Numbered from the stretch's first letter, positions 9,660-19,573 are shown. The stretch is DNA of 64,000 nt from Candidatus Levyibacteriota bacterium (GCA_029260905.1 JAJDCH010000014.1:24129-88128), one strand, 5' to 3'. Notes: generated from the letters alone by a model not told the origin. Translations and numbers: made by a program.

Positions 9660-10634
9660 ATGCAGTTTAAAAAATTTATAAAATATATAAGTAAAATCAT
9701 TTTTTTCTCAGTTGTCTTTGCTTTTTTGGCTTGGCTCTTGATTGGTCGGAATATTGAAAATGGTTCACCACTTTCCCCTCTTCCAGACTTTTTAACACTA
9801 AGCAAGAATAAGCAAGTCAGATTTTTAGATTTGTGGTTTCCAGCTCTTGAAAAAAAAGATGTTGCAGGATTTGATACCTCATTCTTTACAGCGGAATCAG
9901 CAATTGTTTACGACCTGACAGATAATAAAACAATTTTTGAAAAAAATCCTACAAAAAAATTAGCCATGGCATCTATTACTAAAATAATGACTGCTATTGT
10001 AGCCATAGAAAATAAAAAAAACGATGATAAATACCTGGTGAAAAAAGAAAATCTGGTGGGAGAGAATGTAATGGGACTTGATATAGGAGAGGTGCTTTCT
10101 CTGGAAGATTTGCTTTATGGACTTATTCTTCCATCGGGAAATGATGCTGCTGAAGTTCTCGCGTCAAATTTTCCAACAGGAAGAAGAGGATTTATAAAAG
10201 CTATGAATGACAAAGCAAGATCAATGGGCCTTTTTAATACAGTATTTAGCAATCCGTCAGGACTCCAGGGTGATGGTCTTCAGCAGACAACTACTGAAGA
10301 TTTGGTGGTTATTACCAAATATGGACTTGAGAATCATCCGCTTTTTGCAGAAGTTGTTGCTACTCCAGAGCATCAAATTCCAAAAACATATGATCATAAG
10401 TCTTATTATTTATATAATGAAACAAATCTATTGACAACATATGAGGGTGTAAAAGGTGTAAAAACAGGTTATACACCTGAGGCAGGATTTTGTTTGGTTA
10501 CTTACATTGATTATGGTGGTCATGAACTAATAGCAGTGATTCTCAATAGTGAAAATAGAAGAGAGGAGATGATAGAACTGCTTGATTTTTCTTTAAATTC
10601 CCTTGGCATAGCTCCACCAAAGTACAGAGGATGA
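9660..10634 (+). CDS. dacA: D-alanyl-D-alanine carboxypeptidase (peptidase S11)
   Basis: SxxK (SITK), SGN and KTG motifs after an N-terminal TM helix. Start set to ATG 9660. Confidence 0.88.
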   Translation: MQFKKFIKYISKIIFFSVVFAFLAWLLIGRNIENGSPLSPLPDFLTLSKNKQVRFLDLWFPALEKKDVAGFDTSFFTAESAIVYDLTDNKTIFEKNPTKKLAMASITKIMTAIVAIENKKNDDKYLVKKENLVGENVMGLDIGEVLSLEDLLYGLILPSGNDAAEVLASNFPTGRRGFIKAMNDKARSMGLFNTVFSNPSGLQGDGLQQTTTEDLVVITKYGLENHPLFAEVVATPEHQIPKTYDHKSYYLYNETNLLTTYEGVKGVKTGYTPEAGFCLVTYIDYGGHELIAVILNSENRREEMIELLDFSLNSLGIAPPKYRG

Positions 10635-10636
10635 TG

Positions 10637-10707
10637 AGCGGGTGAAGGGAATCGAACCCTCGTATGCAGATTGGAAATCTGCTGTTCTACCATTGAACTA
10701 CACCCGC
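10637..10707 (-). tRNA. tRNA-Gly(TCC)
   Basis: Cloverleaf; anticodon arm GCAGA-TT TCC AA-TCTGC. Confidence 0.95.
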
Positions 10708-10780
10708 ATATTCAGATCTATATTTTATAATAATTGAGGTTTTAATACAACTGAGGTATAATATATTTCTGGTTGTTTAT

Positions 10781-10863
10781 GCCGCGGTGGTGGAACGGTA
10801 GACACAGGGGCCTTAAGAGCCCCCGTCCGCAAGGGCGTGAGAGTTCGATTCTCTCCCGCGGCA
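10781..10863 (+). tRNA. tRNA-Leu(TAA)
   Basis: Anticodon arm GGGGC-CT TAA GA-GCCCC; long variable arm. Confidence 0.95.
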
Positions 10864-10869
10864 CCCCGC

Positions 10870-10897
10870 TGACTAATAGCTTAATAGCTATTAGTCA
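10870..10897. repeat. Perfect 12-bp inverted repeat between tRNA-Leu and tRNA-Pro
   Basis: TGACTAATAGCT-taat-AGCTATTAGTCA. Confidence 0.8.
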
Positions 10898-10913
10898 TTG
10901 GCTAAATTAAATT

Positions 10914-10990
10914 CGGGGAGTAGCTCAGTTGGCTAGAGCGCGCGGTTTGGGACCGTGAGGTCGGAGGTTCGAGTCCTCTCTCCCCGACCA
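10914..10990 (+). tRNA. tRNA-Pro(TGG)
   Basis: Anticodon arm CGCGG-TT TGG GA-CCGTG; encoded CCA. Confidence 0.95.
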
Positions 10991-10997
10991 ATATATT

Positions 10998-11606
10998 ATG
11001 AGTCGAGTCACAGATAATTATAAAAAACATACTGTTGGTTATTCTTTTTGGCAATTCAAATTTTTGCAAAAACTATTAATCGATAACTACTTATTCATCC
11101 TTCTTCGAGAGGTAAAAAACCTCAAGCCTGAAAACGTACTAGAAGTTGGATGTGGTGAGGGGTTTATTCTTGAAAAGTTAAAAAATGAAAAGGCTTGTAA
11201 AAAACTATTTGGAGTTGATATCTCAAAGGATGCAATAAATTTAGCAAAAAAAATACACCCTGGCCTTGACCTCAAAGAAGGGAATATCTATAATCTCCCC
11301 TATAAAGATAACTCTTTTGATTTAGTGATTTGCGCTGAGGTTCTTGAGCATCTTGAAAAACCGATTGACGCGATGAATGAAATAAAAAGAGTCTGCAAAA
11401 AAAATCTACTACTTTCAGTTCCAAATGAACCTCTTTTTAGAATTGGAAATTTTACAAGAGGCAAGAACTGGTCAAGATTTGGTAATGACATAGATCACAT
11501 TCAGCATTGGTCAGAGAATAGTTTTAGGAAATTTGTAGGCAAATTTCTGAAGGTTAAAAAGGTTGTTACTCCCCTGCCATGGATATTTGTGATTGCTGAA
11601 AAATAA
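10998..11606 (+). CDS. Class I SAM-dependent methyltransferase
   Basis: VLEVGCGEG, GVDIS and FDLVICAEVLEH motifs. Confidence 0.9.
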   Translation: MSRVTDNYKKHTVGYSFWQFKFLQKLLIDNYLFILLREVKNLKPENVLEVGCGEGFILEKLKNEKACKKLFGVDISKDAINLAKKIHPGLDLKEGNIYNLPYKDNSFDLVICAEVLEHLEKPIDAMNEIKRVCKKNLLLSVPNEPLFRIGNFTRGKNWSRFGNDIDHIQHWSENSFRKFVGKFLKVKKVVTPLPWIFVIAEK

Positions 11607-12602
11607 TTATTTTTTCGCCTCAAGACTCTGGAGAATAACAATTATAAATGAAACAAAAGGAATAGCTAGAAGTGCTCCTGATATTCCCATCAAATTTGCA
11701 CCAGTTATCACAGCAAGAATCACAACAACAGGATTAAGGCCAACTGCGCGTTCCATTATTTTGGGAACTAGGAAATTGTTTTCAATTGCCTGTATCAGAA
11801 GATAAAGAATAATCACAATTACTGCCAATTGAGGTGAGATGGTAAGCGCAACGATTACAGCGGGGATAGCAGATAGGATGGGTCCAAGAGTTGGTATGAC
11901 CTCAAGAATCCCTGCAAGAAGTGCAAGGGGCAATGGGTCTGGTATCCCGATAAGTGTCAAGCCAATCCATGAAAAAACACCTATAAAAACACTAAGAACT
12001 ACTTGTCCCCTTACCCAAGCGCCAAGTTTTTCGTTAATCTGGTCAAGTGTCTTGAGAATAAATGTATGCCGATGTGGCTGAAAAAGATCAGCAAACCATT
12101 TTTTAAAAGATTCATGATAAAGAAGAAGGTAAAAACTAACGATAAGAATGGTAAGAAAAGAAAACAATCCTCCAAATACTTTGGTTGTGAAAGAAAAAGC
12201 TCCCTCACCAACTTTTCCTAATTGCCCGCTGAGATTAAGTGTTTGTTCAAGTTGTCTTGGGTCAAAAGCAAATCCAAAAGTTGATGCGGATTGATCTATG
12301 TATCTTGGCAGTCCTTTCACAAGAGCTGATATTTGTTCAATTGTAAACGGAACAAGCGGAAATACAATTAAAATTATTGAAAGCAGTATGCCTAAGTATG
12401 GGATGAGAACCGCAAGCACGTTTGGTAGTTTTTTTATTTTAAGATAATCAACAATCGGAAGAATAGCTGCCATTATAATATAAGAGATAAATATAGAAAC
12501 TAAAATTCCTCGTACATGAAATACAAGCCAGCCCAACACAATCGCAAAAAGTGCGAACATTACCTGATTAGCAAGAAGATATTTTATAAATCTCTGTAGC
12601 AT
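11607..12602 (-). CDS. AI-2E (PerM) family transporter
   Basis: Multi-TM protein with IPTLGP and QAIENNFLVPKIM...VGLNP. Confidence 0.9.
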   Translation of the reverse strand: MLQRFIKYLLANQVMFALFAIVLGWLVFHVRGILVSIFISYIIMAAILPIVDYLKIKKLPNVLAVLIPYLGILLSIILIVFPLVPFTIEQISALVKGLPRYIDQSASTFGFAFDPRQLEQTLNLSGQLGKVGEGAFSFTTKVFGGLFSFLTILIVSFYLLLYHESFKKWFADLFQPHRHTFILKTLDQINEKLGAWVRGQVVLSVFIGVFSWIGLTLIGIPDPLPLALLAGILEVIPTLGPILSAIPAVIVALTISPQLAVIVIILYLLIQAIENNFLVPKIMERAVGLNPVVVILAVITGANLMGISGALLAIPFVSFIIVILQSLEAKK

Positions 12603-12655
12603 AGCTTGACTATATGAGAATTAGAAGCTTTTGTCAATTAGAAATGGGTTTGTAG

Positions 12656-12729
12656 TACGCCCAGAGGGATTCGAACCCCCGACCATGTCGTTAGAACCGA
12701 CGTGCTCTATCCAACTGAGCTATGGGCGC
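12656..12729 (-). tRNA. tRNA-Arg(TCT)
   Basis: Cloverleaf; anticodon arm CGTCG-GT TCT AA-CGACA (atypical G32 and C27.A43 mismatch). Confidence 0.85.
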
Positions 12730-12816
12730 ATAAAGCTATTTTACCAATTACGCCTACAAGTTGCAATAAGATATCCTATAGTTGAAAATTTGATAAAATT
12801 TTGCTATACTTCAGGC

Positions 12817-13374
12817 ATGAAAGAAGTAAAGATATCTGCTATTGACTTACTGGCATATCCTGATTTTGAAGCAAGTGTGTTTGATAATGGAAAAAAACTT
12901 CATGCTAGGCAATTGGAATTAAGAAATGGTTGGGATCGAAGAATAGAAAATATTTCAAGGGAACCAGGGGTTATTTTGGTTTATTTTTCTATACTTGATA
13001 TCAACCAGATATCTAGTGGTTGGAAGAGCAGTGACTCATTGTTATCAGCTATTGAAAAAGAGGAGATTAAAAGACAACAAAAGTATAATAATCTCCTTAG
13101 AGAAAGGCTTCTTATTATTCCAAGAGATGTGCCCGTTACCAAAGATCTTCTTGGTAAAAAATTGAAGCAAAATGGGCTAATATTTAGCCCAGAAAATTCT
13201 AGGTTGACAGCTTATGGTGAATATACAGAAAATGGAGTAGTGGGCAGGAGAAATGATGTTCGAGTTGCTCTTGGGATATCTGGTATCCATATTGGAACAG
13301 ATTGTGATTTATCTTTATCTATTGAGCAGCAAAGACAGATAACACGTTGGAGAGCAAGAAATAGAGACGAGTAA
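12817..13374 (+). CDS. Hypothetical protein
   Basis: The 5' extension in the ORF track overlaps the tRNA. ATG 12817 lies 6 nt after TTGAAA-17-TATACT. Confidence 0.55.
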   Translation: MKEVKISAIDLLAYPDFEASVFDNGKKLHARQLELRNGWDRRIENISREPGVILVYFSILDINQISSGWKSSDSLLSAIEKEEIKRQQKYNNLLRERLLIIPRDVPVTKDLLGKKLKQNGLIFSPENSRLTAYGEYTENGVVGRRNDVRVALGISGIHIGTDCDLSLSIEQQRQITRWRARNRDE

Positions 13375-13377
13375 AGT

Positions 13378-14616
13378 ATGAGAATTTTTAATTTAGAAAC
13401 TAGAAATAAAGATAGGAGTATTGTTCTTTCCGCTGATGTTGTTTTTGATGGGAAAAAGCCTGAGCGAATTTGGTTTGAGATTGAGGATATTCGTGTTGAA
13501 ACTCCAGCTATTGATTACACTCCATTTCTTGCATGTGTTCTTCTTCCCTGTCTCAAACTTGGTGAAAATATTTATATTGAAGGAAATGTTTCTGAAAAGT
13601 TTTTGGAGAAAACTAAAAAGTTGATGGATTTGGTAGTTGGATGGAAAGTGGGATTTAGAAAAATAACAATTGAAACAGCTCCATCCCAGCTTCTTTCTGA
13701 AAAAAGTACAAGTTTGAAAGGAGTGGGGACGTTTTTTTCTGGTGGGGTTGATTCGTTTTATACATATCTAAAGCACAAAAAAGAAATTACTGATCTTATT
13801 CTAATTCATGGATTTGATATACCACTTAAAAATAAGATTTTATCTGAAGAAACAAAAAAACAAATTGCAAAAATTGCAGAAAAAGAAAATTTAAAGTTTA
13901 TTATCGTCAAAACAAATGCCAAAGATATTCTTGAAAAATATTTGATTTGGGATTTTACACACGGAGGCGTGCTAGCTGCAGTTGGACTTTTGTTTGAAAA
14001 TAATTTAAAAAAAATATTTATTCCTGGATCTGTCAGAAAAGATGAACTTTTTCCATATGGCACACATCCTTTGCTTGACCCCCTTTGGTCAACAGAGAAA
14101 ATTAATTTCATTCATGACGGCACAGAATACAATAGGCTTGGCAAAATAATAAATAGTATTTCCAAGTCAAATCTGGCTCTTTCCAATCTTCGAGTCTGTA
14201 CAAAAAACATAAAGGGAAAATATAATTGTTCTGAATGCTATAAATGTCTTCAGACCATGATTGAATTGATAGTTGCAGGAATTTTTGAAAAAGCAAATAC
14301 TTTTGAACATCCTCTTGATCTTAAAAAAGTAAAAAATATGTACTATGACTATTCTCTTCATTATAATGATCAGGGAGAGGAAAACTTAAAAATCCTTAGA
14401 GAACAAAACCGTAAACCGGAATTGCAAAAGGCAATTGAGGAAAGTCTTAAAAAAAGTAGAGAGTTTTCTATGATTAGAACTGTTTCCAAAATTTTTTCTC
14501 AGTTCGATCAGAAATATATGGATAGAAAATTTTACAGATTTGTTTTTGGCATCAGCAATAATCAAGATAGAAATTTTGTTTTTAAATTTTTGATGAAAAT
14601 AGGTTTTTTGAAATAA
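13378..14616 (+). CDS. Adenine-nucleotide alpha-hydrolase (PP-loop, QueC-like) domain protein
   Basis: FFSGGVDS PP-loop and a Cys cluster C-x8-CSECYKC. Confidence 0.6.
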   Translation: MRIFNLETRNKDRSIVLSADVVFDGKKPERIWFEIEDIRVETPAIDYTPFLACVLLPCLKLGENIYIEGNVSEKFLEKTKKLMDLVVGWKVGFRKITIETAPSQLLSEKSTSLKGVGTFFSGGVDSFYTYLKHKKEITDLILIHGFDIPLKNKILSEETKKQIAKIAEKENLKFIIVKTNAKDILEKYLIWDFTHGGVLAAVGLLFENNLKKIFIPGSVRKDELFPYGTHPLLDPLWSTEKINFIHDGTEYNRLGKIINSISKSNLALSNLRVCTKNIKGKYNCSECYKCLQTMIELIVAGIFEKANTFEHPLDLKKVKNMYYDYSLHYNDQGEENLKILREQNRKPELQKAIEESLKKSREFSMIRTVSKIFSQFDQKYMDRKFYRFVFGISNNQDRNFVFKFLMKIGFLK

Positions 14617-14617
14617 T

Positions 14618-15193
14618 ATGACGACACTTTTCGTACCACTTATTGTTAATATGTTGTTTGGGATATTTAGTCTTAAGATTTTTTGGATTGCTACAGAAAT
14701 TAGAGAATTCCCAAAACGTCTTAATTTTCAGATGTTCAAGACTAACTTTATTGAAATTATCATACTTGTTCTTCAGATTTTTGCATCAGTCTATACTCCT
14801 CTTCCACAAACGCCTTTTGATTCGCTAATTGTTATAACAGGAGTCTTAATGTATGTTGCTGGATTTGTGATTGCTGTTTGGGGAAAGGTGATAATGAGTG
14901 GTTCTTGGGGAATACCTGGTGTGCATGATAAAAAACAAGACGAACTAATTGTCGCTGGTCCTTTCAAATTTAGTCGAAATCCTATTTATGTTGGATTTAC
15001 GCTTTTGTATTTAGGGTTTGCTATTGCAATTAAAAGTTGGTTGGTGATACTTAGAATTCCTCTTATTTTTTATTTTTATAAATCAATCCTTAAGGAAGAA
15101 AAGCTTTTGGAGAAAAAGTTTGGAAGTAAGTATTTGGATTACAAGTCTAAAACTCCCCGCTTTATTTCTTTGAAAAAGAAAAAAAAGGCATAA
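14618..15193 (+). CDS. Isoprenylcysteine carboxyl methyltransferase / PEMT family membrane protein
   Basis: GPFKFSRNPIY and EEKLL..FG..Y..Y....PRF motifs. Confidence 0.85.
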   Translation: MTTLFVPLIVNMLFGIFSLKIFWIATEIREFPKRLNFQMFKTNFIEIIILVLQIFASVYTPLPQTPFDSLIVITGVLMYVAGFVIAVWGKVIMSGSWGIPGVHDKKQDELIVAGPFKFSRNPIYVGFTLLYLGFAIAIKSWLVILRIPLIFYFYKSILKEEKLLEKKFGSKYLDYKSKTPRFISLKKKKKA

Positions 15194-16484
15194 GTAGATA
15201 TGCCAGAAGATCAACTCCGATATATTTTGCAAAAAGATCCTGCTTTTTTTTATTGTCATAAGCTTTTTTGTAGTCAATAGTATCTTTTGCAATAGTGTAG
15301 TAAAGAGGCGGAAGCCAATTGTTTGGAAAAAGCTTATGTAGCAGGGTGTCAATCTTGTCTTTGGCAATTGAAAAAGGCTTTTTATTTTTTTCTCTTAGTT
15401 CAATAAAATTTTCTCTTGAAAGCGCTGCCAAAACATCGGTATTTGGCTTTCTGGTGTCCTGATATTTTTTGAAAGCATCTTCAAGAGAGGATGTATTATC
15501 GATCAGGTCTCTTAGAAGCAAACAATCATCAAAAGCAGCACAGGTTCCCTGTCCGTAAAATGGTATTACTCCATGAGCGCTATCACCAACAAGTACAAAG
15601 CTTTTTAAATACCAGTTGTTAGTAAGAACTGTTACAAATGATCCTGTTGGTTTTTTTATAAAGCTTTCAGTAATTTGACTTGAAAGATCAGTTAGGTCTG
15701 GAAAATTTTTATCTAGATAGGTTTTTATAAAAGGTTCGCTTATAAGTTCTTCAAAACTATTTATGCCTTTGAGGGGAAGATTAAACATAAGTGTAAATGT
15801 TTTGTCAGGATTTGGAAAGGCAAGAAGAAGAGAATTTTTTCTTGGCCAGGTGTGGGTTGAATTGTTTCTTAAGTTTAGTTTTGTTGCTGTTTGCTCAGAA
15901 ATATTTACTTCTTTGTATCCCCAGTCTTCGTAAGTTCGCGCTTCTGATTTGTCACTTTTCTCATTTTTAATATTTGTTCTGACAAAAGAATTTACCCCAT
16001 CTGCGCCTATTATTATATCTGCTGAATCTGAAAAATGACCAGATATTTTTTCAAGCACTATTGTTTTGTTAAGAAAATCAATTCTTTGGCATTTTGTGTT
16101 GAAGTAGATTTTGATATTTTCTTTTTTTTCAATTAAGTTAAGGAAAGTTGAATTGAGATTATTCCTGTGAATAGTAAAAAGCACTTCTTTGCCTGATGTG
16201 TCAAACGATGTGAATTGTGGCTTTTTGTTTAAAAAATGCGCAACGTTTCCCTCGGCAAGAATAGTATGCTTTGCTACTTCGTCCCAGATGTTTATGCGTT
16301 TTAAAGCTAAGATACTTCTGTAGTAAAGCGTGAGGTTGTATGAGCGTCCAGATATCTCAGGGTAATGTCTTATGTCTTCACCTGCTTCATAGATATTTAT
16401 ATCGTATTTTTTGCTATCCAAACAAAGCGCCATGAAACACCCTGCTAGCCCACCGCCAATAATAATTATTTTCTTTTTTATCAT
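15162..16484 (-). CDS. Kynurenine 3-monooxygenase-like FAD-dependent monooxygenase
   Basis: GGGLAG, GRSYNLTL, GADG, WPR and GDSAHGVIPFYGQG motifs. Confidence 0.75.
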   Translation of the reverse strand: MIKKKIIIIGGGLAGCFMALCLDSKKYDINIYEAGEDIRHYPEISGRSYNLTLYYRSILALKRINIWDEVAKHTILAEGNVAHFLNKKPQFTSFDTSGKEVLFTIHRNNLNSTFLNLIEKKENIKIYFNTKCQRIDFLNKTIVLEKISGHFSDSADIIIGADGVNSFVRTNIKNEKSDKSEARTYEDWGYKEVNISEQTATKLNLRNNSTHTWPRKNSLLLAFPNPDKTFTLMFNLPLKGINSFEELISEPFIKTYLDKNFPDLTDLSSQITESFIKKPTGSFVTVLTNNWYLKSFVLVGDSAHGVIPFYGQGTCAAFDDCLLLRDLIDNTSSLEDAFKKYQDTRKPNTDVLAALSRENFIELREKNKKPFSIAKDKIDTLLHKLFPNNWLPPLYYTIAKDTIDYKKAYDNKKKQDLFAKYIGVDLLAYLLMPFFSFSKK

Positions 16485-16498
16485 GTTATAATATTAAA

Positions 16499-16864
16499 AT
16501 GAACCCCCTTATTACTATAAAAGGAAATGTGATAGATGGCAAGAAGCGCGGCAAGGATTTTGGATTTCCAACTGCGAATTTAAAACCTGAAATAACTTTG
16601 CCTGAGGGTGTTTTCGTATCTGAGACTATTGTAGCTAAAAATGTATATAAGTCAGTTACTTTTATTGGAGCAGCAAGAACCTTTAATGAGTCAGATATTA
16701 TAGTTGAAACATATATTATTGATTTTAGTCAGGATATCTATGGTTTGGAAATCGAGGTTAATTTATTGAAAAAAATAAGAGATAATGTGAGGTTTAACAA
16801 CAAAGAAGATTTGATAGCGCAAATGAAAAAAGATGAGGCAGAAACAGTTAGGTTTTTTAATTAG
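16499..16864 (+). CDS. Stand-alone riboflavin kinase (C-terminal domain of RibF)
   Basis: G.KRG...GFPTAN, ETYIIDF..DIYG and IR...F motifs. No FMN adenylyltransferase domain. Confidence 0.85.
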   Translation: MNPLITIKGNVIDGKKRGKDFGFPTANLKPEITLPEGVFVSETIVAKNVYKSVTFIGAARTFNESDIIVETYIIDFSQDIYGLEIEVNLLKKIRDNVRFNNKEDLIAQMKKDEAETVRFFN

Positions 16865-17930
16865 TATAACCCATGGTAAGTAGATCTCTGTCAATTTTTT
16901 TGTAAATAACATTTTTTAATTTTATAGCATCAGCTATTTTTTCGACACCTTTTCCTGAAATTGCAGAAACAGATTCTTTTCCACCAATCAGAATTGGCGA
17001 ATGAAAAATGTATACTTTGTCAATAAGTTTTTCATCAATAAAACTTCCAATTACTTCTCCCCCGCCCTCAACAAGAACGCTGAGAATATTTCTTTTTTTT
17101 AGTTCATTTAACAAAGTTCTAATAATTATTTTATCGCTTTTAAATTTGATAAAATCTATTCCTATTTTTATTAACGCCTTTTCATTTTTAGCATCTGCTT
17201 TATTTGTTGTGACAATAATTATATTTTTATCTCTTAAGACATCTGACTTAAGAGGAATTTTTAGAGTGGAATCAAGGATTATTCGAGTTGGGTTTTTTTT
17301 GTTTTTAGACTTTGTTCCAAGATTGGGATTATCTGCTAGAACTGTATTTATGCCAATTAAAATTGACTGATATTCTCCTCTAAGGCTTAAGGCAAATTTT
17401 CGGGATTTTTGATTGCTAATCCATTTAGAATCTTGCGTTTTTGTCGCGATTTTGCCATCAAGACTTGAAGCAAATTTGATAGCAACAAAAGGTCTTTCTT
17501 TTTCAAAAAAACTAAAAAAGGCTTCATTTAAAATCTTTGCTTCTTCTTCAAGAATGCCAATAGATGTAGTTATTCCTGCTTTTTTTAATTTTTCAATTCC
17601 CTCTCCAGATACTTTAGGATTTGGATCAAGCGTTGAGCATATAACTTTTTTGATGCCCGATCTTATTATTAAATCAACACAAGGTGGAGTTTTTCCAGAG
17701 TGACTACATGGTTCAAGATTTACATAAAGTGTTGACCCAGTTAATTTTTCCTTGCAATTTTTAATTGCTTCTACTTCTGCATGATATGAGCCAAATTTTT
17801 TATGAAAGCCATTGGAAATTATTTTGTCATTTTTAACAATAATAGCTCCAACCATTGGATTGGGATTGGTGTGACCGAGTGCTTTTTTTGCAAGTTTAAA
17901 AGTTTGATTTAGGTAAAATTGATCTGTCAT
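16857..17930 (-). CDS. ribD: Bifunctional pyrimidine deaminase/reductase RibD
   Basis: PNPMVG, HAE, LEPCSHSGKTPPC, SLDGK and VEGG motifs. Confidence 0.96.
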   Translation of the reverse strand: MTDQFYLNQTFKLAKKALGHTNPNPMVGAIIVKNDKIISNGFHKKFGSYHAEVEAIKNCKEKLTGSTLYVNLEPCSHSGKTPPCVDLIIRSGIKKVICSTLDPNPKVSGEGIEKLKKAGITTSIGILEEEAKILNEAFFSFFEKERPFVAIKFASSLDGKIATKTQDSKWISNQKSRKFALSLRGEYQSILIGINTVLADNPNLGTKSKNKKNPTRIILDSTLKIPLKSDVLRDKNIIIVTTNKADAKNEKALIKIGIDFIKFKSDKIIIRTLLNELKKRNILSVLVEGGGEVIGSFIDEKLIDKVYIFHSPILIGGKESVSAISGKGVEKIADAIKLKNVIYKKIDRDLLTMGYTN

Positions 17931-18505
17931 TTTAGAAAATGTCCAAGCTTTTGTTTTTTAACTAGTAGATATTTTTGGTTTTGTTTGTTTGGTTTTACTT
18001 CAAGAGGGATTCTTTTTACAATCTCAACCCCATAAGTTGTTACTTGTTTTATTTTATCCGGATTATTTGTCAAAAGATTTATTTTTGCAATGTTTAGGTC
18101 TTTTAATATCTCAACTGCTATTTTGTAATCCCTGTCATCAATTGGAATGCCCAGCTCGTTTTGCGCATCAACAGTATCAAATCCTTTCTCCTGAAGCGCG
18201 TAGGCTTTTATTTTATTAAAAAGTCCAACACCTCGACCCTCCTGGTTGAGATATATAATGATACCTGATTTGTTTTTTTGAATGAGCTTCATGCTTTTAA
18301 TTAATTGTTCCTGGCAATCGCAACGTAGTGATGAAAATGTATCACCAGTCAGGCATTTTGAATGAATCCTTGTAAGGACGGGTTGTTCTTTTAAATCACC
18401 AACTGTCAGTAAAACATGTTCGAGATTGTCTGTTTGGGATTTGTAAATACTAATTTGAAAGTCTCCGTATTTTGTAGGAAGAAATGCTTGTATTGTGTTG
18501 GTCAT
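17927..18505 (-). CDS. ribA: GTP cyclohydrolase II (monofunctional)
   Basis: RIHSKCLTGD..SLRCDC, QEGRG and LLTNNPDK motifs. No RibB domain. Confidence 0.95.
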   Translation of the reverse strand: MTNTIQAFLPTKYGDFQISIYKSQTDNLEHVLLTVGDLKEQPVLTRIHSKCLTGDTFSSLRCDCQEQLIKSMKLIQKNKSGIIIYLNQEGRGVGLFNKIKAYALQEKGFDTVDAQNELGIPIDDRDYKIAVEILKDLNIAKINLLTNNPDKIKQVTTYGVEIVKRIPLEVKPNKQNQKYLLVKKQKLGHFLK

Positions 18506-18507
18506 TA

Positions 18508-18975
18508 TTATAATTTTTTTGCTGTCTTAATAGTTTCAACAGCCGATCTTGCAACCTCTGCACCCTTCATAGTCAAGTGTTTTTTAAAGAATTTAATATC
18601 TGATGAATTGTTTTCATCAAATCTTTGTGGAGTAAGGACAGCAGAAAGAATGGGAGTATTTGTTTGAAGTGAAACCTCCATCATTCCATTTAGTACTGTT
18701 TGGGCTACAAATTCATGACGGTATATTCCACCATCAACAACAAGTCCAAAAGCAATCACTGCATCAAAATTATTCTTTTGAAGTATTAACTTAGATGTGA
18801 GTGGTATTTCAAGACTGCCTGGAACTTGAAATTGTTTAACATTTTTTTTAGTATCAATCCCAAGCATTGATAACTCAAGAGTACATGATTTTGTCATGGC
18901 GCTGACAAGATCCTGATGCCATTTAGCAGAAATAAATGCAATTTTATAATCTAATTTTTTATTATTATTTTTCAT
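18508..18975 (-). CDS. ribH: 6,7-dimethyl-8-ribityllumazine synthase, type II (RibH2-like)
   Basis: AKWH, VPGSLEIPL and VDGGIYRHEFVA (type II signature). Confidence 0.88.
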   Translation of the reverse strand: MKNNNKKLDYKIAFISAKWHQDLVSAMTKSCTLELSMLGIDTKKNVKQFQVPGSLEIPLTSKLILQKNNFDAVIAFGLVVDGGIYRHEFVAQTVLNGMMEVSLQTNTPILSAVLTPQRFDENNSSDIKFFKKHLTMKGAEVARSAVETIKTAKKL

Positions 18976-18980
18976 CTCTA

Positions 18981-19568
18981 TTAGTTATTTTTATTTAAAT
19001 TTTTTTCTATGTATTTACCAATTAGATCTGTTTCGATATTTATCATATCGCCAATTTTTATATTTCTTAACATCGTGTTTGCATAGGTGAATGGAATAAT
19101 TCCGACATTAAATGATTTTCTGTTAACACTGATAACAGTAAGAGAAATTCCATTTATAGTAATTGAACCCTTTTTAATAATTTGTTTGCTAAGCTCAATT
19201 GGATAAGAGATTGTTAGTATTTTGCTGTTTCCATTTTGTTCAATTTTTTTGATTATTCCTATGCCGTCAACATGCCCTTGAACAAGATGTCCGGATATGA
19301 AATCATTAAGCGTAAGAGGTAGTTCAAGATTTACAACATCATTTATTTTTAATGTTTTAAACATTGTTTTGGAAACAGTTTCTGGCATGATATCAATAGA
19401 GAAGCTTTGTTTTGTTGGTAAGTCTACAACTGTTAGGCAAGTACCATTTGCTGAAACACTCATGCCCTTTTCTAGTTTTTGATAGAAATCTTTTTTTGCT
19501 TTAAACACAAAAGTTGATTTCTTATTTTTAATTAACTTTCCCAAATGATTTATAATTCCTGTAAACAT
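18981..19568 (-). CDS. ribE: Riboflavin synthase
   Basis: MFTGII start, GTCLTV, VNLE and GHLVQGHVD motifs. Confidence 0.95.
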   Translation of the reverse strand: MFTGIINHLGKLIKNKKSTFVFKAKKDFYQKLEKGMSVSANGTCLTVVDLPTKQSFSIDIMPETVSKTMFKTLKINDVVNLELPLTLNDFISGHLVQGHVDGIGIIKKIEQNGNSKILTISYPIELSKQIIKKGSITINGISLTVISVNRKSFNVGIIPFTYANTMLRNIKIGDMINIETDLIGKYIEKNLNKNN

Positions 19569-19573
19569 AGCAC

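Noticed and set aside
12631-12816. 5' extension of ORF 12631..13374 (and likewise 32237-32281)
   Set aside because: These run through tRNA genes, and better starts exist downstream.
14618-18505. Toxoflavin-like secondary metabolite cluster (methyltransferase plus ribA/ribD)
   Set aside because: ribA and ribD sit with ribE and ribH under an FMN riboswitch, and the methyltransferase is an ICMT-type membrane enzyme in a separate unit.
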